Of a stretch of 64,000 nucleotides of DNA, positions 30,593 to 41,555 are shown piece by piece. The DNA comes from an uncultured bacterium (lineage in GTDB: Bacteria; Babelota; Babeliae; Babelales; Babelaceae): positions 64,001 to 128,000 of the forward strand of contig CAVRKK010000002.1 of assembly GCA_963722385.1 (NCBI GenBank). The letters are read 5' to 3'. The notes below the pieces were generated by a model. That model searched no databases. It saw only the letters and a list, made by a program, of their open reading frames with translations, and was not told the origin of the DNA. Both the position numbers and the translations under genes were made by a program. Each line of letters starts with the position of its first letter. The first letter of the stretch is position 1.

Positions 30593-31613
30593 GTTGCGCC
30601 CTTATGTCTGTTACCATTTCGCGAACGGCATCAACGATAATTTCTGGCTGTTCAAAAACGATCATATGTCCGCTCTCTTCGGCAACTATTTGCTTGCCGC
30701 ATATCGATTTTGCTACTAAATCTTTTTGCAAATCATCCCAAGCAATAGTAAATTGATCTACAAGTTCCTGTGAATAACCAGCTTTGGTAAGATCTGAAGA
30801 TTTGCCCGCAGTTATTACCGTCAATGGCTTATTGGTCGATCTATTTTCGCTATTTTTGAGTTGCTTGCAACTATCTTTAAATAATACATGTTCTTCAAAA
30901 GTCGTTTTCATGCGCTTGGCCACACAATTTTCAGTTGACCATACCTTTTTAGCATCTGCTGGAAGTGGAAGCTCCTCTACAGCACTTCGATTTTTGGGTA
31001 AATAGGTCATGAGCCGGATAAATCCAATAGCGTTCAGAAATAGAAGAAGCGGCTGATTGAACGAGATATTCGTCATTTCTTCGGGAAGCTTTTGTAACTG
31101 ATCTTCATGTGATGCATCAACGAGAACAATGCCAGCAACTTCGTCAGGGTACATGTTTGCATACAAACGAACATTAATACCACCCGATGAATGGCCAACG
31201 AGGATATAGGGCGCTGGAATATGAGCATTTTTTAATAGCTTATGTAATTCTTGTGCGATATGCTCACTGGTACGCGGCAATGAACTTGTATCACTCCAGC
31301 CCATACCTGCTCTATCGTAGCTGCATACGCGGGTAAATTTTGTTATTTCTGGTTGCACCAATGACCAGCCTAATGAGCTACATCCCATTCCGGCATCGAG
31401 CACCACCGTTGGGCTGCCTTTACCAGAACAGTTAATATGCAAGCTATATCCATCAATATCAATCATCTTGCCAGCCGCAGGATATGCGCGAGCATCTAAT
31501 TTGGTGGCTATAAACTGATAGGCGGTGCCGCATAGTAACAGGCCTGCGACTAAAACGAGCAATCCAACAATCATTCTTAAAATCACTATTTTCAATAACA
31601 TGTTAATATCCAA
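30585..31613 (-). CDS. Alpha/beta hydrolase, membrane-anchored
   Basis: SYDRAGMGWS, VGHSSGG, SGHM. Confidence 0.88.
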   Translation of the reverse strand: MDINMLLKIVILRMIVGLLVLVAGLLLCGTAYQFIATKLDARAYPAAGKMIDIDGYSLHINCSGKGSPTVVLDAGMGCSSLGWSLVQPEITKFTRVCSYDRAGMGWSDTSSLPRTSEHIAQELHKLLKNAHIPAPYILVGHSSGGINVRLYANMYPDEVAGIVLVDASHEDQLQKLPEEMTNISFNQPLLLFLNAIGFIRLMTYLPKNRSAVEELPLPADAKKVWSTENCVAKRMKTTFEEHVLFKDSCKQLKNSENRSTNKPLTVITAGKSSDLTKAGYSQELVDQFTIAWDDLQKDLVAKSICGKQIVAEESGHMIVFEQPEIIVDAVREMVTDIRAQHV

Positions 31614-31617
31614 CTGA

Positions 31618-32160
31618 TTATGGTAGTTGATTTTGCTTAATCTTCTCGATAGCCTCTTCTATCCAATCAAGCTCGGTCTGATAATGTGCCAATACTAAAC
31701 GGTGGTTTTCGTCGATATGTTTCGGTAGTGTCATATCCTTAAGCGCCATAGGCAAAACGCGCTGGGAAGTTTTAATAACATGGCGCCACGTATCAGCGCG
31801 ATGCTCCAATGCCAAGAGCAATTCATCTTTGGGTAAGTATTGCATAAAAGTGAGCGCTACTTGAAAAGGATCAACCGTTGGTCGCAACTCAAGCCATTGC
31901 TTGCGAAGCATCACCATAAAAGCGCCGCTTCCCGTTTCAGTAATCTGGTAGACTGTTTTGTCTTGTTTAGCCCCTTGATCTTCAAGAACCTTAAGAAGTC
32001 CCTCTTCGGCCATTTTCTTAAGTGCAAAATAAATTGAGCCATACCCTACATTTGCCCATTTCTCTACATTCCAAGACTCCAAGACTTGCTTGATTTCATA
32101 GCCATGTCTCGGCTTTCCGTCATTAAGTATTCCTAAAATTAAAATACGAGCTGCTGACAT
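31618..32160 (-). CDS. PadR-family regulator, first gene of the hydrolase operon
   Basis: HGYEIK, GSIYFALKKM, YQITETG. Confidence 0.9.
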   Translation of the reverse strand: MSAARILILGILNDGKPRHGYEIKQVLESWNVEKWANVGYGSIYFALKKMAEEGLLKVLEDQGAKQDKTVYQITETGSGAFMVMLRKQWLELRPTVDPFQVALTFMQYLPKDELLLALEHRADTWRHVIKTSQRVLPMALKDMTLPKHIDENHRLVLAHYQTELDWIEEAIEKIKQNQLP

Positions 32161-32335
32161 TGTGCCCTCTATTTAGCATTCAAATTTATATAATATTTAT
32201 TATATATGTGCTCGTGCTTTTGTAAAGCATTTTGTTTGGTGATTAACTTTATCGCCGGCTCAACGAAATATAAGCAAGCGTGCATTTTGCTTGATGCCAT
32301 GGTACAGTGATCGTTGCCAAGTAAAGGAGATAGTT

Positions 32336-34033
32336 ATGTTTGGCAGTGATTTGGCTAAAAGGACGCTCAAGACGAAATGGCTTAATGCCTATAGGCTTTT
32401 AGAATTATTTTTCAAGATCATGCTCATCTGTGTTTATTCTTGTTTGTACGCCATGGAGCCTCCCAGCAAGCATGAAGAAATAGAACCGGCAAGCGATTTT
32501 TTAGAAGGCTTTGTTGTAATTCAGCAACCTGAAAGCATGTCTGGGGTCGTGCAATCCGAGATTGTTCTACGTGTTGATGATCAGATAATGAGCGGGTTGA
32601 TAGACACGATTAGGGCTGGGCAATTGCCAACCGTCAAAGAACTTCTTGCTGCTGGGGCTTTGGCAAATTTTGATGGTGGGCACCTACCGCTTATCGAAGC
32701 GGTCAAACAAGACACCGGTGAAAATAACAGAATGCTCATAATATATGAACTCTTAGAGTGGCTAGATTCTGATGACATCAACAAGCCTGATTATCTTGGG
32801 AGAACGGCGCTCTATTACGCTATCCTGAAAGGAAAAGATGAGGTGGCAAACGCCTTGCGGTTACATGGTGCTTTTGGCAACACAAAAGCTATGTGGCAAG
32901 AGGGTCTCAATGACCGGCTATTTCAGGCTGTTCACCGTACTGGACAAAATCTTGTGCAAATCAGCGATCTTCTTAATATGGGAGCTTGTCCAGATTTTGT
33001 AGACCCAGAAACAGGCTATACGACGCTCACCTTAGCAATTATGTACCGACACCCTGCCATTCCGTTATTGCTAAAGCATGGCGCTGATCCTAATCGCCTT
33101 GATAATCAGGGGTATCCACCCTTACAATTGGCTATAATTCTTGCAGCATTTGATAATGACGAATATATGGCAGGTATTGTGCATCTATTGCTTACCAACC
33201 AACTTCCCGCATGCGTCAATGTTCTCTATAATGGTTTGGCACCGCTCCACTATGCAATTTTGGGCAAACAGACGGAGCTTGTTGCTCAACTACTTCAGGC
33301 AGGAGCAGATCCTGCTCTCAAGTCCGCTCAAGGCGTAACACCAAGCGATCTTGCTCTTCATACGCAGCAGCTAGCTATTCTAAAGCTGCTCAAGGAAGTG
33401 AGCCCTCGTGAATGCACGGTTTCGTCAGTTTCGTCAGGCATGATACAGTTTTTGAGCGAGCGAATGAAGCCGGCTATTATTGACAACAATCGAGATGCTT
33501 TAGAGCAATTGCTCGATTTTGGCGCTGTTCCTTATAGTAGTGATCTCGGTATTGCAATAGACCTAAACCGCGTTGATCACTTTAGATTGCTTCTTAAGTA
33601 TGGTGCTGATCCGCTTGTCCCTCTCGCAAATGGATTTACACCATTACTATGGGTAATTCGTTCAAACAGGCCAGAGATGTTCAAGCAGCTTCTAACAGCT
33701 CATCCTGGTCTCGTGAACTATACGGATGAAAACGGTTATACTCTGCTACATTGGGCGGTGATATACGAATGCCCAGCAATAGTAATCGCGCTTTTGGGCC
33801 ACGACGCGAGCTGTTTAGCCCAAACAGCAAAGGGGCTATCAGCTGTTGATCTTGCGCGCAAAAAAAACAATAAAGAGATTTTAGCGTTGATTGAGCCAAT
33901 GGCACGGCTCCAGGCTGCGAGCCTATCTACCGGCGACGCTTTATGGGGGCCGAACTGTACCTCTACGCCTTTTTCGCCATCTATCACACTGGTAATGCCA
34001 GCTGTACCTGAAAGTTCTTCTCAAAGGAGCTAG
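32336..34033 (+). CDS. Ankyrin repeat protein
   Basis: GRTALYYA, GYPPLQLA, GLAPLHYA, GFTPLLW, GYTLLHWA. Confidence 0.9.
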   Translation: MFGSDLAKRTLKTKWLNAYRLLELFFKIMLICVYSCLYAMEPPSKHEEIEPASDFLEGFVVIQQPESMSGVVQSEIVLRVDDQIMSGLIDTIRAGQLPTVKELLAAGALANFDGGHLPLIEAVKQDTGENNRMLIIYELLEWLDSDDINKPDYLGRTALYYAILKGKDEVANALRLHGAFGNTKAMWQEGLNDRLFQAVHRTGQNLVQISDLLNMGACPDFVDPETGYTTLTLAIMYRHPAIPLLLKHGADPNRLDNQGYPPLQLAIILAAFDNDEYMAGIVHLLLTNQLPACVNVLYNGLAPLHYAILGKQTELVAQLLQAGADPALKSAQGVTPSDLALHTQQLAILKLLKEVSPRECTVSSVSSGMIQFLSERMKPAIIDNNRDALEQLLDFGAVPYSSDLGIAIDLNRVDHFRLLLKYGADPLVPLANGFTPLLWVIRSNRPEMFKQLLTAHPGLVNYTDENGYTLLHWAVIYECPAIVIALLGHDASCLAQTAKGLSAVDLARKKNNKEILALIEPMARLQAASLSTGDALWGPNCTSTPFSPSITLVMPAVPESSSQRS

Positions 34034-34137
34034 TGTGTTTGCAAGAGATTAAGTGATTTTTTAGCTATGAGCACAATTTAAATATTGATAGCAATTTGAT
34101 AATATGGTAGCACATATAGAAATTCAGGAGATTTTTC

Positions 34138-35316
34138 GTGCTATTATTCTTATTGCTTTTGTGTGGTTATTGCTTTGAAAGTCTTGCTCACTTTAAAAAA
34201 GTCATGCGTGACGACCCGAGATTTGTTTTAGCTGGACAACTTGCGCCAAGCGCAAAAAGGTATGTCTCGTTAGATAAAAAACAGCAATTTTCCTGCCGTG
34301 CTTTTCCTCTAGAACGGGAAAGCTTGTGTGAAGGGAAACAGCCGCCTCAAATTGAACATGTTTTGCCAGAAACTTTTGTTCTGGAATTGGAAAATGCAAA
34401 AGTATCCGGTAACAATGGTTATATTATTGTTACTCTCCCTGATGGAGAAAAAAAATTTTTACTCGATACGGTTTGGGATTGGGAAGATGTTGATAATTTT
34501 GCTTTTCAGGAAAATTTTAATCGTGAGCAAACGGTAAAAAAAATTCAGGGGCGCGTTGCCGTGATAGCCCAATCGGGTTCATATAACTATTATCACTGGG
34601 TGACAGAAGTTTTGCCACGGATTGAACTTCTTAAAAGAGCAGACGCGGAATATGATTATCTCTATGTGCCAATACTCAACTATGCATTCCAGAAGGATAG
34701 CTTGCTTGCACTTGGTATCGATATTTCCCGGATTATAGAAGGAAATGATAGCACGGTAATTGAAGCTGACTTGTTAGTGATTCCCTCTTCGCCTTCGTAT
34801 TCGACGATTTCGCCATCCTGGGCAATTGATTTTATAAAAAAGTCACTTCTTGGCAAAGAGTGCCAAAAAACTGATTACTCTAGAAGAATCTTTATTTCGC
34901 GAAAAAATGCTCTCTATCGGTTCCTTCCCAATGAGAATGAATTGCTTGATTTTCTAACAGGTGTCTTTAATGTGCGACCCGTTTATCCAGAAGATTGGTC
35001 AATCGAGGAGCAAGCATGTATTTTTTCGCAAGCAGAAGTGATTATTGCTCTTCATGGTGCAGAGCTCACCAACCTTATATTTGCACGTCCGGAAACAGTC
35101 GTTATTGAAATATTCCAATATCATTTGGATGAAACTTTCTGGATACTAAGCCAACAATTAGGGTTAAGGCACTACTGCTTACTCGGTTTACATCAAAAAT
35201 CGATTGAAAAATTAAAAGACTACGTATTCGCCGACACGGAAGGAAGATATGCAAACGAAGCAGTGGATCTAGAAAAAATCAGAACAGAGCTCTCAAGGCT
35301 TCCTATTATCATGTAA
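34138..35316 (+). CDS. Glycosyltransferase family 61 (DUF563)
   Basis: NYYHWVTEVLPR, IFISR, LHGAELTNLIF. Confidence 0.85.
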   Translation: MLLFLLLLCGYCFESLAHFKKVMRDDPRFVLAGQLAPSAKRYVSLDKKQQFSCRAFPLERESLCEGKQPPQIEHVLPETFVLELENAKVSGNNGYIIVTLPDGEKKFLLDTVWDWEDVDNFAFQENFNREQTVKKIQGRVAVIAQSGSYNYYHWVTEVLPRIELLKRADAEYDYLYVPILNYAFQKDSLLALGIDISRIIEGNDSTVIEADLLVIPSSPSYSTISPSWAIDFIKKSLLGKECQKTDYSRRIFISRKNALYRFLPNENELLDFLTGVFNVRPVYPEDWSIEEQACIFSQAEVIIALHGAELTNLIFARPETVVIEIFQYHLDETFWILSQQLGLRHYCLLGLHQKSIEKLKDYVFADTEGRYANEAVDLEKIRTELSRLPIIM

Positions 35317-36050
35317 TGCTTAAGAGTTTATCGTGAATAAAAGCTTTCTGGGTTTCAGTTGCGTAAATATTTAATTATTTCTAGATTAACGCAATAGAGT
35401 TTAATAAGGTGCATAGCTTGCTGGGGCATCGTATTTTTTTCGATAGCCATCATGCTGGTTTCTATCGTTTTTTCCAAAATTCATAGGCACGACTTTCAGA
35501 ATCGCCCCGTAGTTCAAACGCAATAAGAAACATTAAAGTAAATCTTGAAATATTCATAATTCTCGAACATATTGTTTATTTTTAAAATATCATTTTTTGA
35601 AATAAAAATGTCAATTGATTAATTGAAGGGACGAAAATTCTTGTACTTTATTTTATGAAAAGATCTTTAACTGTTCCGGGAGCCTTAAGTGAGAGAATAT
35701 TGCTCATTGTAGACAATTTGGCTCGCTTAGCAGTTAAACCAGTGTGCAAGAAGTGGAAAAACGACCCTTTTCGATAGCAGAATACCCATAAAAACGCTCG
35801 CAAAAATTATGAAAAATCGCTTCTTTTTTGCTTGCTCAATGGATTGCTCAAATGCGGCCCTCAACAAAATAGTGAGTGCGAGATTAATACTTATTATGCA
35901 TAATACGTCAGAAAGGAATGATACAATGGTGGAACAGGTCATGTTTTCCTTTTTTCGCTATTAAGGCTCTTCAGATAAAATCGCATTAAGAGTATAGGCC
36001 AATAATAAGCTATGGTTCAAGAATTTTTTCCTGCAGGCTTTCTATTTATT

Positions 36051-36100
36051 CAAATATCAAAGTCTTGATATTACGTGCGGTTAAAACCTTTTTTTCTAAA
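36051..36100 (-). repeat. Orphan copy of the 3' end of the FtsH-like gene
   Basis: Encodes KKVLTARNIKTLI versus KKVLTARDIKTLI at 39041-39081. Confidence 0.7.
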
Positions 36101-36408
36101 GCTAAAAAATGCAAGACGCCTGCATTTGAACATTTTTAGTCATTAGTATGATAACATGTATGATTTTTTTGGGTTTGTGTGGCATTCGTAAGTTGGGTAA
36201 TTTGACAAGTTCGAGAGAAGTATAATAAGCTGACAATGTTTATAAGGAGAAGCTCGAGTCAGCGATTTAAGCAAAATAACTCCAAAATGACATATTGCGA
36301 TATTTGTCGCCAGCATTACAGGCAACCACAAAAGTAAGTGAATTTGCAAAGCGATGGATGCAAAGGGGCTAAACATCTCTTGCTACGGCTTTCGGACAAA
36401 TCGCGCAA

Positions 36409-38769
36409 TCAACTATGGCTAGAACGTTGCCATAAAGCATTCATTATCGCAAGCATTGCTGGTAAGAGCTCCGGAAAAATATGATAGTTTATATTAACTA
36501 AAAAGTTACTAAAATTGCCATAAAGTCTACTGCTTCCAGGTTCTTCTCGCATACGGTCAAGTAATGCGGTAAGCTCGTGGCTAAAATGCTTCATCTCAGG
36601 AGTTGATGTGGAAGGCACGAATGACGGTAAACGATCAATAGCTCTATTAATAACTTCTACAGGCAATGTTCTTATTAAATGATTGGTGATGACCAAGTCA
36701 TTATGAAGAATAGCACGATTAAGCGCTGTTAAAACTGCTTCATGCCAATCTGATGCTCCCGCTTGAATAGCTGCTTGAGCATAGTGTGTAATTGTTTCAA
36801 CTGCTTCACTGTTACCGCGTGTAGCAGCAGTAATCAATGCCTGCTGCAAAGTAGGATCAAAAAGATTACGTCCCTGAATACCCATAATCATTTTGTACAA
36901 ACTATTATTTTGGGCTACCGCTAGTATAAATGCATGATTAATTAACTTTGCATCATTTAGGCTAAAACTATCCCCTAATTTTTTTTGAATTAACGATTTA
37001 ATGATGAAATGTGCTTTTTGTTGCTCGTCAGCCTCGTGCGGGTTGCCTAATCGAGCTAAAGCAATTGCCCGTAATAATGGTTGATCTGGATAAGCAGCTT
37101 TTATTTGTTCAACGACCCTCTGCCATTTTTGCCTAGCAGAGAAAGCGTCTGGCACAAAAGTAACTCCATGTTCGAGCAACCATCTAATAATTTCCGGCTG
37201 AGAACGAGAAGCCGACGAAATAACAGAATACCCAGCAGTATTACGTTGATTGAGATCAACACCGTATGTATTAAGCCATTCTAACCCCTCAATAATCTTA
37301 TTAGTCTGAGACTTAGATTTATCATGAGCAGCAGCTTGAACAAATCCCCATACTAGATTACCTCCTGGCATCCAACCAGATAGATTTACTTCTTTAGAAT
37401 AGCTATCATTAGTCGGCTCAAAGCGCACATTAAGTGAAGTGCCATAGCTGAATAGAAGCTTAATTAGCTCAAGATCAGCCTGTGTTGAAGCACGTATAAG
37501 CGCCCTTTGGGCAGCATCGCTATTAGGATTAGCTCCTTGCATAAGCAATGCCCGAATCTCTTCTATGTCGCGAGCTGCTAGCGCTTTTGCAAGCTGTTTG
37601 CTAAGCTCATCGGGCCTTTTTTCTGAGGGAGCACTTTCTGTTTCTTTTTCTTTTTCCTTCTCTTTTTCTTTTCTCGCGCCTGATGTTCCTCCAGTTTCTG
37701 TCTGAATGGGTTGAGGCTGAGGCCGTATCGATTCTAGAACATCATTAAAGTTGATATCGAGCTTGAACTCATCATTTACTGCACGGAAATACTCAACAAC
37801 ATCACTCTGTCCTTGAGCGTAGGCATAGCGAAGGAAATTTTTAATATATCCTGTTATTTTTTCTCTTGATAAGCCCTGTGCAAGAAGAGTGCGAAAACTC
37901 CCTGGTGCTTCATAGAGCATTTTAATACCATCAAGATACCCTACAAGGGCTGCTTTGCTCAATGCTTTCATAAAATCATGTAATGAAAGTTGAGCTACCA
38001 AGGTTTCTTGTTCTAAAATATAGCGTAAAGCTGGGCTATGCTGAGCAGCTGCAAGAATAAAAGCATAACGGAGCTCACTTTTTTTCTCTTCGGTAAGACT
38101 CTTTTGACTTGCCATGTTTTTCAAAAGGTAACGTGGATCGTGATTAAGTATAATTGCTTGCACCAAAGGTCGACGGATATACGTATTTTGTATCAAACGA
38201 ATAACATCTCTTTGAGCTATATTAGCATGCCTTATGCTAAAGCCATGTGCAAAAAGCCATTGCCATATGAAGTAATTTCTATCGAAGAGACTAACAAGCT
38301 CCGATAGGGGTTGTGTATTTAAACGAGCACCATGCCGCAACAGCCACCTACCCACCTCATCAAGAGTCGAACTTTCTGGGTGACTTGCCAAGTAGCCAAA
38401 AATAACACTTGTTGGTAGCCAATCTGTCCCCCTCTGCTCACGTGGCTCCTCAGAATTAATATTTGCTCTGTGGTTATACAGAAGCTTTATAAGGTAAAAA
38501 TTGCCTATCCTTGCTGCGGCATTTATCATTGGTATATTATGCGTACCACCAGGTGCAGAAAACTCCATTAAAGCATTAACGTCAGCACCTTGTGCAATTG
38601 CTTGTGTTGCCTCGGCTAACGCCCTTTCTTGATCTTTTACCGATGTTCCTGAATTTTCTATTGCTTGCGCAAGCTTCTTGGTTGCTTGAGAGCTAGGCTC
38701 CTGCATAGCATGCCCACTATAAAAAAATAAGCCCGTACCCATATAGACCAGAAGAATATATATCTTCAT
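36409..38769 (-). CDS. Secreted ankyrin-like repeat protein, paralog of 4111..6462
   Basis: Colinear over the full length with long identical stretches. Confidence 0.82.
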   Translation of the reverse strand: MKIYILLVYMGTGLFFYSGHAMQEPSSQATKKLAQAIENSGTSVKDQERALAEATQAIAQGADVNALMEFSAPGGTHNIPMINAAARIGNFYLIKLLYNHRANINSEEPREQRGTDWLPTSVIFGYLASHPESSTLDEVGRWLLRHGARLNTQPLSELVSLFDRNYFIWQWLFAHGFSIRHANIAQRDVIRLIQNTYIRRPLVQAIILNHDPRYLLKNMASQKSLTEEKKSELRYAFILAAAQHSPALRYILEQETLVAQLSLHDFMKALSKAALVGYLDGIKMLYEAPGSFRTLLAQGLSREKITGYIKNFLRYAYAQGQSDVVEYFRAVNDEFKLDINFNDVLESIRPQPQPIQTETGGTSGARKEKEKEKEKETESAPSEKRPDELSKQLAKALAARDIEEIRALLMQGANPNSDAAQRALIRASTQADLELIKLLFSYGTSLNVRFEPTNDSYSKEVNLSGWMPGGNLVWGFVQAAAHDKSKSQTNKIIEGLEWLNTYGVDLNQRNTAGYSVISSASRSQPEIIRWLLEHGVTFVPDAFSARQKWQRVVEQIKAAYPDQPLLRAIALARLGNPHEADEQQKAHFIIKSLIQKKLGDSFSLNDAKLINHAFILAVAQNNSLYKMIMGIQGRNLFDPTLQQALITAATRGNSEAVETITHYAQAAIQAGASDWHEAVLTALNRAILHNDLVITNHLIRTLPVEVINRAIDRLPSFVPSTSTPEMKHFSHELTALLDRMREEPGSSRLYGNFSNFLVNINYHIFPELLPAMLAIMNALWQRSSHS

Positions 38770-39031
38770 GTAGTTCCTCGCAAGTATATTATTTATATTT
38801 ATTTATATTATATAAAATTATAGTAATAAAGGTCAAGATTGCTTATTATGCGCAATAGATGCTTTTGCAAACTTTTAAGCATGTAATACAGCCTAACAAG
38901 GCATAGGCCTCTTGCCTCTTTTTATGCGAATCTGTTATTTATTATCGCTAGTTTTGCAAGAAAATGATTATAGAGAATTGAATGAATCTTAAGCAGCAAA
39001 TATTCGTTTATTCCAATAAGCACGTCCTTCT

Positions 39032-41266
39032 TCATTTAGGTATCAAAGTCTTGATATCACGTGCTGTTAAAACCTTTTTTTCTTGTAAGGCACTGGCTAA
39101 TAGTGCCAGGGTACTTTTATGATTTAAGAGGAGCTGCTTGGTCTCTGCTTTGAGCATATTGATCATGGTATCAAGTTTTTCTTGAGACTTGCTGAACAAA
39201 GAGCATTGGTCCGAAGTCCTCTGATCGTCATGACTATTGGTACATTTACGTTTGAGCGCGTCAAAATAGATTTTGGCATGCTCGAGTGCTCTTTTTTCAT
39301 CATCGACGTGATATGCTGCAATAGAATCATGCACGAGAATATCTTCAGCAAGAGGACCCGCAAAAAGTACTTGGGCAAGCTTTTTATGACCTTCAATGTT
39401 TATCGACTCCCGTTCCTGGCTAGGTCCAAATTTTACGATTTTCCCACATTTATTATCATCTTTTTCCTTGATCGAAAGCTTGCCAAGGGTAACAAACTCA
39501 AATTCGAAAGGTGACTTTAGCACATGGTGTACTAAGACTTGGCCAGCAAGATAAGCAGCAATAAGTTTCTGATGATCTTGGGGAAGATCACAGTCTCCTA
39601 TAATAGCGTGAGTTAACAAATTGATCTGTTCCTGGATTCGCTCATTCAATGTTTTTCGTTCAATTTTGCGAAGAGCATTTCTAATAATTTCTTCGAGCTG
39701 TGCATAATTAAGGCCCTCGGTTTGTTGTGCAAAGGACTTAACATGGATTTCGTCGAGCGTAAGTTTATATTTATCAGTAATCTCTCGTTTAAAAAAGAGG
39801 TAGCGCTGCTTATAGTTGGGTAACGTAAACGATATTTCTTTGGTAAAAAGATTCCTTAAGTCATCATCAACGCGCAAGGCCTCAACGGTCGACCCGATGA
39901 TAAAGACGTGAATGCTTGGGTAATTTTTGAGCTCATCCTCAATGTGCTGAAAGTTTCTAAAAATTGCTTTCCCTTTTTTGGGTTCATAGAGATGAAGGTC
40001 ATCAATATACAAAATGCTCGGCTCGTAAAACTTTGCTTCTTTATAAGCCTCAAGTAATCCAGTCTCACTAAGGAGGTCAGCTAATTTAACCTCTATAAAG
40101 CGTAAGCGAGTATTGTCATGGGCTATCTTATAATTTTTATTGATCGTGCCAGCGAGTGCGCGTGCGATAAGCGATTTTCCCGTTTTGGGAGGGCCAGAAA
40201 AAAGAATGAGTTTATTGGGCGTTTGATGCCGTAAATCAAACATCTCGGGGTTGGTTAGGTATTCTACAACATCTGAGAGTTGTTTCTTTTGTTCTTCAAA
40301 GCCGATTGTTGCTGGATCATCAAAGGTAACATCCTCGATAACTTTATACTTTTCGGGAGGTGGCACTTTTCTTTGCAGGGACAGCCAAGAAGCGTGGAGC
40401 CACTCAACGAGGTTATCCCAGGGGCGTGCTATTCCGAATTGATTGATAATGGTTTTTGGTACCGTCAAAAGGTTATCAAGTAAAAAGCGCAACATGTCCA
40501 AGGTGAAGTACGTTATACCAGCAAGAGATATAAAGCCTGCAGGCGACCATTCGAGGAGTGGGGTCCTGCCGTGTAGTCGAGCCGCAATACCTTTAATCTG
40601 AGCGGGATTCTCATGATAGAGGCGATATAAAGCGAGAGGCACAACGGCGCTTAAAAGAGGAGGCATATATGTTTTTAATGAGTTAAGAGCAGAATCGAGC
40701 AACCGAAAGAACTTTTGAGAAGCTGTTAAGTGCATGAGTTCACTTATGATATCGTCAAATTGATCCTCGAATTGGTCCATCTTGTCGTTGGTTTCATGGA
40801 GCAAGGCGATGCTGGATTTACAGGAAGGGCTTGTTATAAGCGGTGCTTCTATGAACGAGTGCCGCATCATTTCTGCTACATAGCCAATAAAGAAATTAAG
40901 ATCATAGAGCGTGAAATAAAGCTTATCGCGTTGCTCGGGGAGAGAATCGCGCGTTGTGCGCAATGCCCGCTGCGTCGCTGCGATCCACTCTTGGACCTCT
41001 TGCGAACCGCCAGGGCCTCTTTCCACCGTATACGTCTTATTTTGAATATGGTGTGCTAACATTGCTAATCGTTCAATGAGCCGCTGGATAATATGCTGAA
41101 TTTGATGAACTTCCTCAAGTGAAAATTGCCCCTCAGGATGGGGACACCGCTGCTTCGGCCGTTCGATGGTAAAAAGCGGCTGGGCCTGTTGAGCAAGAGA
41201 TAATTCAGCAATGCCAAATATGGCGCAGCATGCGAGAAAGCGACCAAGGGAAAAAATAATACTCAT
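39032..41266 (-). CDS. Divergent FtsH-like AAA+ protein with degenerate M41 domain
   Basis: VTFDD..G.EEQK..L.DVVEYLTNPE; GPPKTGKS; ILYIDD; AYLAGQ in place of YHEAGH. Confidence 0.8.
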   Translation of the reverse strand: MSIIFSLGRFLACCAIFGIAELSLAQQAQPLFTIERPKQRCPHPEGQFSLEEVHQIQHIIQRLIERLAMLAHHIQNKTYTVERGPGGSQEVQEWIAATQRALRTTRDSLPEQRDKLYFTLYDLNFFIGYVAEMMRHSFIEAPLITSPSCKSSIALLHETNDKMDQFEDQFDDIISELMHLTASQKFFRLLDSALNSLKTYMPPLLSAVVPLALYRLYHENPAQIKGIAARLHGRTPLLEWSPAGFISLAGITYFTLDMLRFLLDNLLTVPKTIINQFGIARPWDNLVEWLHASWLSLQRKVPPPEKYKVIEDVTFDDPATIGFEEQKKQLSDVVEYLTNPEMFDLRHQTPNKLILFSGPPKTGKSLIARALAGTINKNYKIAHDNTRLRFIEVKLADLLSETGLLEAYKEAKFYEPSILYIDDLHLYEPKKGKAIFRNFQHIEDELKNYPSIHVFIIGSTVEALRVDDDLRNLFTKEISFTLPNYKQRYLFFKREITDKYKLTLDEIHVKSFAQQTEGLNYAQLEEIIRNALRKIERKTLNERIQEQINLLTHAIIGDCDLPQDHQKLIAAYLAGQVLVHHVLKSPFEFEFVTLGKLSIKEKDDNKCGKIVKFGPSQERESINIEGHKKLAQVLFAGPLAEDILVHDSIAAYHVDDEKRALEHAKIYFDALKRKCTNSHDDQRTSDQCSLFSKSQEKLDTMINMLKAETKQLLLNHKSTLALLASALQEKKVLTARDIKTLIPK

Positions 41267-41555
41267 ACCGCCATGACCTCGTTTTTATAAATTATATACT
41301 TCTAATATAAATTTATCTGTTTGTTTGTGTCAATGCTAAGAGTGAGTTTTGTTAATTTCATATTGAATTTTTTTCACAGCATGCTAGAATGAAAAGCATG
41401 TGATGTTAGGTTTTTGACAGAGCCCTACTTCTGAGGTAGGTGAAGTGAAAGAATTTATGAGCATTTTTTACCGTGACCCTAGAGCTGACAGGGAATAACT
41501 TATTTCGCATTATAAATAAAAATAGAGCAAAGCTTTATCTAATAAAAAGGAAACT

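Noticed and set aside
35320..36400. Long intergenic region with short ORFs
   Set aside because: Apart from the FtsH-like tip, no recognisable product or structure.
41415..41500. Possible riboswitch (hairpins CCTAC..GTAGG and CCCT..AGGG) upstream of 41556
   Set aside because: No match to riboswitch consensus motifs I can recognise; would need an Rfam scan.
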